DNA from: Heterodontus francisci
Lineage: Eukaryota
NCBI RefSeq assembly: GCF_036365525.1
Contig: NC_090380.1
Location: 72,343,757 to 72,407,756 of the forward strand
DNA length: 64,000 bases
Reading direction: 5' to 3'
The position numbers were made by a program, and so were the translations under genes. Positions 1 through 12,895 of the stretch are shown piece by piece. Every line of letters starts with the position of its first letter. The stretch's first letter is position 1. Under the pieces are notes generated by a model. That model was given only the letters and a program-made list of their open reading frames with translations. It was not told the origin of the DNA and did no database searches.

Positions 1-289
1 CAATTTTGGTAAGAAGTTCTTTTCGGGTGTCAAGTGATTGACTTTTTCAGTTTCTATAGCCTCAATTTTTCTGATCTAGGAACAGTTTAGACCTGAATGG
101 CTAAAGGGAGGATCTAAACAGACTCAAGTGGAAGCGTGCTGTTTACACACAGATTTCAATGAGTGTCGAGAACAGATAAGCAATGAAAGCAGAAAATTGC
201 AAGCAAATAAAATTTAAAGGGAAAAGGACAATTAAAAGGGAGTGTCAGTTTAGGGGGGGCAAACATTTTGAAGGCCTCTGGAAAGGTCC

Positions 290-492
290 ATTGGCATACA
301 TTACAACAGTGACTACACTTCAACAACAACTTGCATTTATATAGTGCCTTTAACATAGTAATGTCCCAAGACACTTCACAGGAGTGTTATTGAACAAAGA
401 TCAAAAACAAAAAGTACTTTATTGACTGTAAAGCACTTTGGGGCGTTCTGAGGTTGTGAAAGGCGCTATATCGATGCACGTCTTTCTTTCTT
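290..492 (+). mobile_element. 3' part of a DeuSINE/SacSINE1-like SINE (L2-type tail), interrupted by a short inverted tail fragment at ~322-395
   Basis: 'ttacaacagtgactacacttcaa...tgtgaaaggcgctatatcgatgcacgtctttc' matches the tail of the copy at 2278-2657. Confidence 0.55.
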
Positions 493-2277
493 AATTGCCT
501 CTGCTAAGGGAAGGAGGAAAGAGGAACCACATGCAAGCAAATGATGGAGCAGTCCTGTATCTAACCCCCTGCTTGATGATACTGAAGTGGAGGTGGTGCT
601 GCATGAAGTGTTTGTGACAAGAGTAGCCCTTCATGCCACTCCATAGCACCATTGCCATGGATTGGCATTGCAGTATCTCTGCAAGGAGGTGGAACCAGGT
701 TTTAGGCCACTGCTGACTGTTACTGTCACTGGGCGTGCCAGTTCTATGCTTCATGGTAGTAGCAGCAGATGGCACAGCTCTACATCTGAGATAAGTTGCC
801 CATGGTCATGCCAACTAGGTGCAACAATACTTTCAGATATTGATGGCATCCTGGCAAGAGAAGCCAATCAGGGTAAGCTGGCTGTTAATTACCATGGCAA
901 ACTTCTCGTACAATGCCACTGAAAGTGTGGCATACTTAACTGGAGCCTTTCCAATGGAAGCATCTAACATTACAATTACTCTGGAATTCACATATCAATG
1001 CTGAGACTCCAGAGGAATGGAACTTCCACCCATTTTCTGATGGCTGATTTACATTGGTGGTACAGGTGGTCTGGGGTGGAAAATCCAGGCTTGTGTCTGG
1101 TTTATTTTTTAAAATTATATTTGTATCTTTATTGGAACAAAGAACAAACATAGAAACCTGCACCCATTCTGATAATGATATTTGAGTAGATGGGAAGGAG
1201 AACCTGTTCATTTGGAAAAACGTCTTGAGTTAAAAATTCATTTCAGGCGGTGGCGCAAAACGGGCAGTATTGGATTGGTCACCCATTTTAAGGAGCTCCT
1301 GATATTCAGTTCCATTGCAGTCAATGGGATTAACAAGGAGAGTCGCACAGACACAATGGGCCAAGTGGCCTCCTGTGCTGCAACCATTCCATGATTCAAT
1401 GAATTCAAGTTTCTTCCAGTACTTTACTCATATTCACAGGAACATGGCAGATATTCTACACATGCCCACACCTTCAGTGATCTGCTAAGACCTCAGCACA
1501 TTGTCCTTTAACATCCTGCAACATGCAAATACCAGTGGGGCCCAGATTCTTAGCCACTTTCCCTCCTGTTTGCCCTGCTTATCGATGTTCCAGGAGATTA
1601 TCAGGTGAAGCCAAATGGTCGGCTGTGCATTGTGCCCAGCAGGCCCTGGACTTTGAGAATGGAGGTGGTGGAGAGAGGCTTTGTAGTGGGCTCTTTTCCC
1701 TCCAATTTTCCCACTTATCTTGGTAGGCCTCGGTTAACTGCTTCTTGGGGAGGGAATCTGCCTTTTTAAATGCCCTCTCATTTCTTTGGGTCCAGAAGCG
1801 GCAGTTGTGCTGCAGCACCGTCTAGACCTTCTTGGGTGACAGTAGTGGGCTCTGACATGCTGGTGGCAACCTCATCAAGAGCCCATGCTACAAAATGATT
1901 CCTGACCCAGGAAAATGGCCTGGGCTCATGGCGGGATTAGACTGGCGGGTAGAAGTCCCACCTAACTCTGTAAGGCAGAAAAAGGAAAATCTAGCCCTGT
2001 ATATTTCAGGATAATTTGTAAGATGTATATTCACTGAGAAAGAAAATAAATCAACAGAAAAAAGCAATACAGTTATCTAATTTTCATGATACTTAAAACA
2101 GTTTTATGAAGCCAAAATAACAAAGTGCTTCAGAATTCTTAGTTCTTTTTCAGAGCCTTTAACTGGCTATTGGATTGATGCTACATCTGCACTTCAGTTA
2201 CATAGAATTCTGTTTTGTTATCATGACATAACTCAGTTCCAGTAAATGAGCTAAAAATATTCTTAACAGCTACAAGT

Positions 2278-2657
2278 GTCAGCATTGGCTCAGTGGTAGC
2301 ACTCTGACCTCTAAGTCAGAATGTTGTAGGTTTAAGCCCACAACCCTCAGTCTACAACCCCGGCTTATACTTCAGTGTAGCCTGAGGGAGTGCTGTCTTT
2401 TGGTGGATGTAATAAATCCAATGGCACTATTTGAAAAAGAGCAGGGGAGTTCTGTCTGGTGTCCCTCAACCAACATCACTAAAACTGGTTATTTTATCTC
2501 ATTGCTGTTGCTTGCATCTTGCTATGCGCAAGTTGGCTGCAACGTTTCTCCACGTTACAACAGTGACTACACTTCAAAAATACTTCATTGGCTATAAAGT
2601 GGTTTGGGATGTCCTGCAGTTGTGAAAGGTGCTATATAAGTGCAAGTTCTTTCTTTT
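2278..2657 (+). mobile_element. tRNA-derived DeuSINE (SacSINE1-like) SINE
   Basis: tRNA-like head (tggctcagtggtagcact, A-box), central 'gcactatttgaaaaagagcaggggagttct' core, L2-like tail 'tgtgaaaggtgctatataagtgcaagttctttc'; related fragments at ~4780-4915 (+) and ~39395-39525 (-). Confidence 0.65.
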
Positions 2658-2780
2658 TGTTTATCCGTGGACCATCCATAGCTGCTGACGCCTCAAAAAA
2701 TCAAAGGAAATTTGTCACAATAAGCTAGTGCCTTTGAAGTAAATCCAAACTCTTTCTCAACAGGCAGGTGATCAATACTT

Positions 2781-2880
2781 CTGATGGAAGGTCACAGACC
2801 TGAAATGTTAACTCTGCTTCTCTCTCACAGATGCTGCCTGACATGTTGTGTGTTTCCAGCAATTTCTGTTTTTATTATTG
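2781..2880 (+). repeat. Penelope-like element terminal repeat fragment with degenerate hammerhead-like core
   Basis: ctgatggaaGGTCacaGACCtgaaatgttaactctgcttctctc...gatgctgcc; the same repeat occurs at 37436-37760 and ~28378-28470. Confidence 0.4.
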
Positions 2881-4074
2881 GTAATCAATACTAATTATTT
2901 CTATCACTGAGAATTGAAAAGGAAGTCTACTGGCTGGCTAATAAGTTATTTATTACATCAGATTCCAGACAAAGCCAATTGGAATTTTTTGTTTGGGCAG
3001 GCCACTCACTCCCTTTCCCATTGCGAAACATTATGATCAACATGCTATCAAATATTACATGTACAGGAGAGAATTTCTGTGCTACGAATGCATTATGCTT
3101 CCAGACAGAATTATAGATTTTGCAGCGTGTACACAGAGTCTCGAACTCCTTAGCAGAAAGAGCAGCTATGGCTTTCATTGTTAAAAATCCCAGTGCCCTG
3201 GCCTAGTCCAATTTAATGAAAATATATGATGTAGAGATAGTAACATGATGCAGAATGGAGCATGAGTTCATTTGTGAACTGTTTGTTTTCTTCAGTTTAA
3301 TACACAGCATCCAATAGGCATTCACACCAATACGGTATGAGGTGAGCTGTTGATAAATATTTTGAAAGCTGTCCAACAGTTTTCATCTTAATGCTTCATG
3401 TTTGCATTACTTTTGTTTCCAGATTAGATATATTCATTGTTAATCAGAACTCCCATGAAATTGCTCTTAGGAGAGCTCCGTGCCATTTGGGTTGGCTGCA
3501 TGCTTTTAACTGTCCTCTCCTTTTCACTAATGAGAAAGCCTAATTATAAATTTGATGTTGGATGGTTGTCAGCTATGGTTTACTGTATAGTGCAGTGTTA
3601 GGAAGATAGAGTCATTTTCAGGCAGCAGCTGTCATACAGCTGTTCGAAGCAATATCAAAGGCTCTTTTATCTGTTTCATTTGGAACTTGCACACTTCATT
3701 AAACAAGACAACTGCCATCAAACTGCTGCCTTTTTTAGTTATATGATGTGAAAGACCTACGGCTCGTGACCTGTCTTTTGTTAATAAAGGTGTTGTTTTG
3801 AGGGGTCATCACACAGCAGATGGGCAAGTTCATCATTGGTGCTGTTGACTTACAGCTGCCTTACTCAAGATGATCGCGTTTGTTTATACTTTCTACCATG
3901 ATAGTGTAACAGCACATAAAAAGGGTTTCTGAGGATCAGAAGTAAATGATAAGCATGTTGTGAAGTGAAACATCTCTTTATCTTTAAGTTAGAATGGCTT
4001 CTGAGTTAAGGTGTCATGAATAGTGTTGATGGTACTGCTCTAAATTACCAGTATTTCAAGTGAATATGGGTAAC

Positions 4075-4250
4075 TGGGCCAACTGTGTAACAGCCCCGAC
4101 AACCAATCTTATCTGTAGCACCTGTGGAAGAGTCTGTCACTCTAAAATTGGCCTTTATAGCCACTCCAGGCGCTGCTTTACAAACCACTCTCCACCTCCA
4201 GGCGCTTACCCATTGTCTCTCGAGACAAGGAGGCCAAAGAAAGAAGAAGA
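4075..4250 (+). mobile_element. RTE LINE 3' end fragment
   Basis: Encodes ANCVTAPTTNLICSTCGRVCHSKIGLYSHSRRCFTNH, matching the C-terminus of the RTE ORFs at 35723 and 57246; ends in a (gaa)n tail. Confidence 0.85.
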
Positions 4251-5664
4251 TGGGTCACTGGGTGACACTAATTCAAGCCCTGATTTTAACTCAGGCTGAG
4301 AATCAAGTGTGCAGCGGCTGAAGTGGGTGGTGATCTTTCCATTTCCCTTGGAGTGTAAGGCCCGGGCAATTTGAGCACCCAGACCCCTTACTGAATCCCA
4401 CCTGAAGCTGGCAGGGGTGATGAAAATGGTCCCCTGCCAACTAGGTCCTAGTCAGGGTTATCATCCTTACTTTGAGTTTTTATTTTCATCATGTAATCAA
4501 ATATGCTGCTGATTCAGTCCGAGGGTTTTGGAAAGAAGCACTTTGTAGGGATTATATCACAGATTGATCTTATTAAATGTTTTAGTATCAATATCAGCAT
4601 GCAATTGAAGAACAGAACCTGCACATCTATTACTTTCATCCCCCCCCCCTCTTCCTGAAATGCCAGCCTGTTCTACTGTAGCAAATGATTGCATTGATGG
4701 CAAGGAAGATGAAAGATGAGGTAGGCTCTGAACTCATCAATTTTTGGGTTTGGAGTGCAACAACTTTTTTTGAAGCTATTGGTAACCCTCTTGCCTCTGA
4801 GTCAGAAGGTTGTATGTAATCTAGGTTGACACTTGAGTGCAGTACTGAGGGAGTTCTGCACTGTCAAACGTGCTATCTTTTGGGTGGGATATTAGACCAA
4901 GGTTTCATCTGCCCTCTGCACACCAAGCTTAAATGATCAGTGGGATCCAGATTTCATGAGCTTCTGATACAATTTTCTGTGCAGACACTCCTTTTTAATA
5001 TGACATTTAAAGATTATCAAGCAGAATGTGCTTTTATATATTAGATTAAAAAGCAATGGTAACAGATTATTTCTATACCTAAAAGTTATTGATCTAGGTT
5101 TCAATTTTGTTTGTCAAAAATTGCAGATGTAAGTTATAATGTAATCAAATGTAAGTTACAATGAAAAGCCTAAAGTGAGTGAGTAATAATATCAGAATGT
5201 GATCAGTGTCCTGTTTTTGGCTGAGTATGGATATGTGATAGCCTGGAGCTCTGTCGACCAGCCACCCAGTTAAAGCATGTAAATGTGGCTCACTTATCCA
5301 CAGTGCTAAATTGATGAAACCTATAGGGAGACAAGAGCACTTGAGGGCGAGGCTTTGCGTTTAACACATTACGGGCATGAAATTCGGATGTGTAACACTG
5401 CTGGAGACAGCACATGGAATCTGATTGTCCTCCTGGGGGAGCACACTATGCCACTAGCCGCTTCGCGTCTGGCGCACCATCCTGATAAGGGTACTCGTGT
5501 AGGCGTCCCCCATGGTGCTGGAAGCTTCTGAACTGATCCTGTCATGGCATCACACAGCCCTACTGGCTGGTGTGACACCCAAATGTCAAATTTGGATCAG
5601 GCAAGTCCATTGAAGAAATTTATTTGTCACTGTGCAAAGATCAAGTATTCAGCTGCAAGTATTC

Positions 5665-5998
5665 GGCGGCACAGTGGCGCAGTGGTTAGCACCGCAGCCT
5701 CACAGCTCCAGGGACCCGGGTTCGATTCTGGGTACTGCCTGTGCGGAGTTTGCAAGTTCTCCCTGTATCTGCGTGGGTTTTCGCCGGGTGCTCTGGTTTC
5801 CTCCCACATCCAAAAGACTTGCAGGTGATAGGTAAATTGGCCATTGTAAATTGCCCCTAGTGTAGGGAGGTGATAGGGAATATGGGATTACTATAGGGTT
5901 AGTATAAATGGGTGGTTGTTGGTCGGCACAGACTTGGTGGGCCGAACGGCCTGTTTCAGTGCTGTATCTCTAAATAAAAATAAAATAAAAAAATAAAA
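5665..5998 (+). mobile_element. HE1-like V-SINE (elasmobranch tRNA-derived SINE)
   Basis: A-box (tggcgcagtgg) and B-box (ggttcgattc), V-domain 'ttctccctg...gggtgctc.ggtttcctcccac', CR1-type 3' tail and A-rich end; three copies in the window. Confidence 0.85.
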
Positions 5999-6099
5999 GA
6001 TGAGCCCAGCACTAGTGTTACAAAAAGGGTCGGGCACCCAGCTTACAAATAAGGTAATTTTGAATAACCTCTGCTGTTGCAAGTTGTCTGGAAGTACTC

Positions 6100-7586
6100 T
6101 AGAGTGTTTCTGGAGGCGATGTGGTGGGTTCCTGGATTTGGCAGGGAGTGTTCCTGCATTCTCACAGGGAGGGAAGACTATTTGGTGACCTGTCCATACA
6201 AAGGCTGCAAAAGGCATGGGAGCAGCAGTTGCAGTGTCTCTGGGTCTACTGCACAATTGAGAGAGAGCAGAAGCAATGGTGAGGGCAAACTCTACGTCAT
6301 GCCCTCTGCCTCTGGAACCAGACTCCTTCGTGCTCCTAAACAGTGACAGGAGGCTGTCTGGCAGGCCAGCCAGTGAACCCAGCATCTCTGTGTGCATGCC
6401 CATCAGCATTCTCCAATGTGCCACCACATTGAGGTTTTCACCTGAGACCCCTGTAGCAGAACTCGTCTGTGACCTCGCCCTCTGGTGAGCTGGCACATGA
6501 ACTTACTTGCCCCCTGGCCTGGCTGCAGCCCATTCGTGCCTGATGACTCATCATGCACTAATCCCAATTCAATACTAGCTTTTAAAGTATGTGCAGTGCC
6601 TGTATCTGAGCTGGTGGCTGTGAGTGTCAGATCAAGTGATGGGGCTTCCTCATCAGTGCTGTGCTGTTGCTCTCATCCTTCCCCCTGAGGCTGCAGCTGG
6701 GCAGTTGGCATTTCTTTGGTATCTGAAAGCAGAAAATCAGAAAGGAGAAGATTGGGGTGAGGGATGGGTGGTAGGGTAGAAAGCAAGAGGTCCATGGTCA
6801 CACCATCTGCAGCTTGCTCATCATGCTAGATGGCAGGATGAGGGTGAGCTGGGAGTTTGGAAGGGGCAAAAGGCTGGAACATACCGTAATCCTGAATGCT
6901 CTCAGTGATATCAATGCCCTGTCACAGGTGCAGAGGCTCTGTCACAGCTATAGAGAACCATCTCCTCTGTAGAGCTCAGGAGATGTAGGCATCCTTGTCC
7001 ACCACTGGCTCTACTCTTCTCCCTTCTGTTGTGTGCCACTTTGTCCTGCAATAGTGAGAGAATAATGTCAGGTACTTTGTTGCACTGTGTTTGCGTGACG
7101 TGCCTGCCATAGCTGAATAGCTGAAGTTATGTGGAATCAGCAAGAGGTGGTGTGAGGCTGGCAGCATTGGTAGGTGTGTGAGGGTGAAGTGGAGTAAATG
7201 GATGTTATGCGTGAGTCCTGAGTGCCAGGGATTGGTGCTGGGTGAGTGATGTGGGTGTGGTGCATTGAGTAGCATGAGAGACTGGAAGAGCAGTGGGTAG
7301 GAGATGTCATGTGAAGATACATTCACTTACCTTGGCCAGCCACGAGAGGTCATTAGGCTTCCTGTGGCACTGCTGCCACGTCGTCAGGTCCAGACTCCGG
7401 GAATTGATCTCCCTGGCCATCTGTTCCCAAGCCCTTCTGACCTTCTGAGGGTTGTTGCTCAGGAACTCCTGGCCCCTCAGGAATCCAGCAACATCTCTCC
7501 TCCTGTCCACCTCCACTACTAAGGCCTCCAGTGGCAATCCGTGACCCTGATGCCCTTTCTCCGCCCTGGTGTTCTATTTCCCTCAT
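6100..7586 (-). mobile_element. Degenerate PIF/Harbinger transposon Myb/SANT-like (NAIF1-type) DNA-binding gene relic
   Basis: Exon to 7331 reads ALVVEVDRRRD...RRAWEQMAREINSRS...TWQQCHRKPNDL..LAK followed by a GTAAGT donor; next exon from 7045 (after TGCAG) reads DKVAHNRREKSRASGG..LLSSTEE; frameshifted; left boundary approximate. Confidence 0.65.
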
Positions 7587-9719
7587 TTAGAATTGCAGCA
7601 ATAGTATTCAGCAGTAGCCTCCTGTCATTCAGTGCAGCTTCCCTTTAAGAAGGACAGACTGTCTTTAAGAACAGAAGATTAGCTGCGCCACATCCTATTA
7701 GCACACACTGCTCTGCTCCCTATTGAGTACAGAGGCAGCCAGCAGCACAGCAGATGCTACAATCAGTTATGTGATGGCAGCACCAAATTTGCATGCTGCC
7801 TACCACCACTGGAACCACCGCAGACAGTCACACATCATCACCCCCACACCCAAGAGATAACATATACTCATGTTTTCTGCAGATCCAGCATGCAAAGTGT
7901 GTAGTCCCCCAGGTAGTTTAGTTACTGCATTCAAACAATGTGTTTCATGGTTATTATTTCTCCATGAGGACATTTGTCATCATCACAAAGGCCTCATTGG
8001 CGAATATTTGAGGCACACTTCCCTGGCTAGTTCCAAAGTGGTTGAGAAGTGCCCAACTACAACATGGCTAGTTGAATCTTGACCTGTAGGGCTGGAGGCA
8101 ACATGATGATTTATAGGAGCATCTGTCGTCCTCTCTTCATGCCAATGAGTTGATGAGGAAAAATCAAAGGAATAAGGAAAGATTTGACCCTACTGAGTGT
8201 TTGAAAGAGAGCCCACACTGTTGGTGAACAGAATGATATGAAGCATGGTAGAGTTATATGATATTGATGTAGTGACCCATCACTGTCTTATTGCTTATTC
8301 CTATAATTGTCATCTCATTCTGTATAGGCTATTACTCATTTTTTATTATATTTTTCCCCTCTGAAAGACCTCAGAGTAGAAACTCTAATGCATTGCACCC
8401 ATTTTTTAAGGACCCCATAAAGAAACTTCTCAGAAAAGAGCAGGGCAAGTGTTGGGGTAGCGTCCCTGCCTTCTGTAGCACATTCCAAGCACCCTCCTGG
8501 GGCTTACCTGAGGGCCACTGCTGATGAGGCAGGTGGCCTGACATTGATATCTTTGCTTGAGCAAGCTGCCTGTGGTGGCAGCTCGGGCTGAGTATGCCAT
8601 TGAGGACCCTTTCCCACTGATCCAGGGTTCAGGCACACACATGAATGTACAGTGCCAAGTCTGGGCACTGGAACAGAGCTAATCAAAATCTACCTCCTTG
8701 AATGTATCTGTGACAAAACCCATTTTTTGCCATTCGCTCTACCCCTAAATAATTTTCCCTTCCAAAAAGAGCTCTGATTTAATGTCAGTTGATTCACAAA
8801 ACTAGGGTGGACTTTAATTGTTCCCCTTTAGCTTCTCACCTAAGTTTTTTTGAGAGTCATATTCACAATGTGTCTCAGTGTTGTGTCTCAGTGTTGATAT
8901 TTTCCATTTGCCATTGCCTGATGAGCCATCTGTTTCATTCTGATTAACGCTTGCTTGTCATGCTGAAAATATATAGCACCGTTCAAGCTCTGCACTTGGA
9001 AGCACTGTTCAAATTTCAACTTTCAAAATATATGAGTGCACTAGTGGACTTCACGTGGTGTAATTCGTAGTGAGTCCATATATATATTGTTTTGTAACTG
9101 GGCCAGTCAAGCTCCATTTCCAGTAGAGGTACAGATGAATGAGTGGATTGCTATTAATGGAAAACTGCTCATCTCTGGAAACATAGCATCAAAACAGCTG
9201 ATATGCCAGTGGGGAATGAAAGAAATAGAGAGCACTGTTTCCAGTCTCTATAGGCAGTGTTTTAAGTGTATCGTTTTCTCAGGGACTGTACACCTTCACT
9301 GTCAGTTAAATTTTTTATTTAGATTGCTACTAAGATGGATCTTCAAGCTGTGGCCATTGTCGAAGATTGGCATTAAGGCTTAGTTAAGCAGGGTGGTGTG
9401 ATGCAAGTGTATGAGGGAGAATTTTGTATTGTAAAATGTTACTCTGTTTTTCTTTTGTAGAGCGTGACTGCTTAAGTGTTAACCAATGAAAGAGAAGAAA
9501 AATTATGCTATTAGCTTTAGAGACATAAAATGTTATATAGATTTAACCCACGCAGAGTGTCTTTCTGTACATGTCCAATGTTGCAAATCATAATTATTCT
9601 TTGAAAAAGCTTTAATTTTTAAAAATTATGCCTGTTACTTCAATCCTCCAAGGATCAGTTTTAGGATTTCACCACATATTTTCCACCTATATTTGGTAAT
9701 GAATATTCCATGATAGGAA

Positions 9720-11110
9720 TGGAATATTCTCATATCCTCCCTTAATCTATCCCTCCATGTGAACTCCCCAACCCATATACACAGCCATCCCCTTGACTTT
9801 GCCATCTCATGTGGCCTCGCTACTCCTAAATTATCTATCACAGGTAAGGCCATCTCTGATCACTTCCTTGTATTGCTCCCCACCAACATCCCCTTTCCAT
9901 GTCCCAACCCTACTTCCTTCTATGTCCACCCTGGAAAGATTTCTCTCCCAGTTCACTTACAACTGCACTTTCAAAATCCCAACTGTCCAGATTTTGTACA
10001 CCATTCACCACAACATTTCTACAGTTACTGATCTGCTCAAGCTTACCCACACCCCGACATTCAATGCCCTCGTTCTCATTAAAGCCATTATGGTCTTTCA
10101 CCCTAGCAGTTCCCCGGTATGGCCCTCATCTCTGCTCCCGTAAGTCCAAGGTTTAGCCATTCACTACCAGAACTAATTGGACCATATGAAGCATTATTGG
10201 GTCCTGTTCTCCTCTGCCAAAACTGCTTATTATTCCAGGATCATCCTGAAATGCAAAGATAATCCCAGGCTCCTTTTCTCCACTGTAAGCCATCTCCTTA
10301 AACCTTACCTTCTGCACCCTCACCTCCAACAATGTGCGAAGATCTCATGGATTGATTTGATGGACTCGATCTCAGTGATAGTTGCTTCTGCACTTCCCTC
10401 CCTCCCCTAACCCACTGGGCAAACTTCCTCTAAGGTTTCCCCCACCCCGGTCCTAGCCCTGAACATGCATCTTTCTGTAGTTTCTCTCCTATCGCCCCTC
10501 AGGCCTCTCCAAGTTCATCTTATCCATGAGACCCATTTCTTTCTCCACCCTATTTCCATGAAACTGCTAACAACACCCACTCGACCTCACCCGCACCTCT
10601 TTCAACCCCTCCACTGTCTGTCAATTGTTAGACATCCAGTACTGGATGAGCAGAACTTTCCTCCAGTTAATTATTGTGAAGACTGAAGCCATTGTCTTCA
10701 GTCCCCATCACAAACTTTGCTCCCTAGCCACGGTCTTCATCCCTCTCCCTGGAAACTGACTGAGGCTGAACCAGAATGTTCGCAACATTGGTGTTATATT
10801 TGACCCTGAGATGAGCTTTCAACCACATATCCGTGCCATCACCAAGATTGTTTCATTCCACCTCTGTAACATTGCCCTACTCAGTCCCTGCCTCAGCTCA
10901 TTTGCTGCTAAAATCTTCATTCATGCCTTTGTTACCTCTAGACTTGACAATTGTAATGCACTCCTGGCTGAGCCCAATATTGTACCTTCCGTAAACTAGA
11001 CGTCATCCAAAACTCTGCTGCCTATGTCCTAACTTGCACCAAGTCCTGTTCACCCATCACTCCCGTGCTCACTGGCGTACACTGGCTCCTGGTTAGGCAA
11101 CACCTCCATT
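9720..11110 (+). mobile_element. Old L2 LINE fragment (endonuclease C-terminal part, internal deletion, RT C-terminus)
   Basis: PTHIHSHPLDFAI...ISDHFLV; DNPRLLFSTV; IHAFVTSRLDNCNALLA motifs; heavily degenerate. Confidence 0.75.
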
Positions 11111-12895
11111 ACTTTCAGATGGCAATTAATTTTTGTGAAGTAGTTGTCATAACATTAATTTTCTTCCAACATAGTTACTTATTTGGATGAATATTAGTTC
11201 TTTCTGCCAGACACATTGCAGAGGAGGTGTGATGGAACTAGGTTTCCTTCCCATTTCCAGAAAAGGTTTGGTAGCAGAATGGGAGAGCTCAGAAGAAGTT
11301 CTGGGTCTGGTCTTTTTTTAAATTATTTTTTCCCTCCAGTTCTCTTCCTGTTGCCCTACTTCTCCTGAAAGTGCTAGCTTTTCATGGACACTTGTGGTCC
11401 TCTGATCCCTCACCCAGGGGACCAGGCATAAGCCTGGGTCAGTAGGGTGTGGAAAGAAAAGCTTTTCCAATGGCTGTTAGTGTATATGGGTGGATGATCT
11501 ATTGCAATGTATACCAAACTGATGGAAGTATCTCCTGAAATAGCCCTCCTCTCGACAGTGTAGAACCTCACCTGTCTCACGATCCATTTCAAACATTCTT
11601 GTTAGCTTTATTTATTCTGTTCAAATGTGCACTGAATAGATGATGATTTCCAGGAAAACAGTAGAGCAAGCAATGGCAGACATTTAAGAGATATTTCGTA
11701 ACTCGACATAGATATATTCCATTGAGAAGGAAGACTCTATGAGAAGGATGCACCATCTGTGGTTAACTAAGGAAGTGAAAGATGGTATCAGATTGAAAGA
11801 AAGACGTACAATGCTGCAAAGATTAATGGTAGGCCAGAAAATTGGGAAAATTTTAGAAACCAATAGAGGATGACTAAAAAAAAAGTCAAAAATACAGTAT
11901 GAGAGTAAACTAACAAGAAGTATAAAGACAGACAGTAAAAGCTCCTACAAATATATAAAAAAGAAGAGAGTAGCTAAAGTAAGTGTTGGTCCCTTAAAGG
12001 ATGAGACTGGGGAATTAATAATGGGGAACAAGGAAATGGCAGAGACTTGAACAAATATTTTCTATCTATCTTTCCAGTAGAAGACACAGACCGGCACAGA
12101 CACGATGGGCCAAGTGACCTCTTTCTGTGCCTTAAACTTTCTATGATTCTAAGACACAAAAAAGCCTCCCAAGAATTGAAGAAAATCAAGAGGCAAAAGG
12201 GAGGGAGGAACTTAAAACAATCACAATCACTAGAGGAAAAAGGCCCCTGGACCTGATGGCCTGCATCCTACAACCTTAAAAGAAGTGGCTACATTGGTTC
12301 TATTCCTCCAAAATTCCCTGGATTCTGGAAGGGTCCCAGAGGATTGGAAAACTGCAAATGTAACGCCTCTATTCAAGAAAGGAGGGAGAGAAAGCAAGAA
12401 ACTATACACGAGTTAGCAAAACATCTCATTGGGAAAATGCTAGAATCCATTATTAAGGAAGTAGTAACAGGACATTTAGAAAATCATAATGCAAGCAAGT
12501 GGTGTCAACATGGTTTTATGAAAGGGAAATTGTGTTTGACAAATTTATTAGAGTTCTTTGAGGATTTAACAAGCAAGATGGACAAAGGGAAGCACTGCAT
12601 GTGTATTTGGATTTCCAAAAGGCATTCAACAAGGTGCCACATAAAAGGTTACTACATAAGATAAGAGCGCATGCATAGAGGACTGGCTAACTGAAAGGAA
12701 ACAGAGAGTCGGGATAAATGGGGCATTTTCAGGTTGGCAAACTATAACTAGTGGAGTGCCACAGGGATCAGTGCTGGAGCCTCAACGACTTACAACCTAT
12801 ATTAATGCCTTGGATGAAGGGACCGAGTGTACCGTAGCCAAATTTGCAGTTAATACAAAGATAGGTAGGAAAGCATGTTTTGAGGAAGACGCAAA

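Noticed and set aside
1536-1998. Possible old MITE (ggggcccagatt...aaaatctagccc)
   Set aside because: TIR match too weak, and no TSD or second copy was seen
5665-5740. tRNA genes at SINE heads (also 2278, 22919, 46023)
   Set aside because: A/B boxes run straight into SINE bodies; no complete cloverleaf
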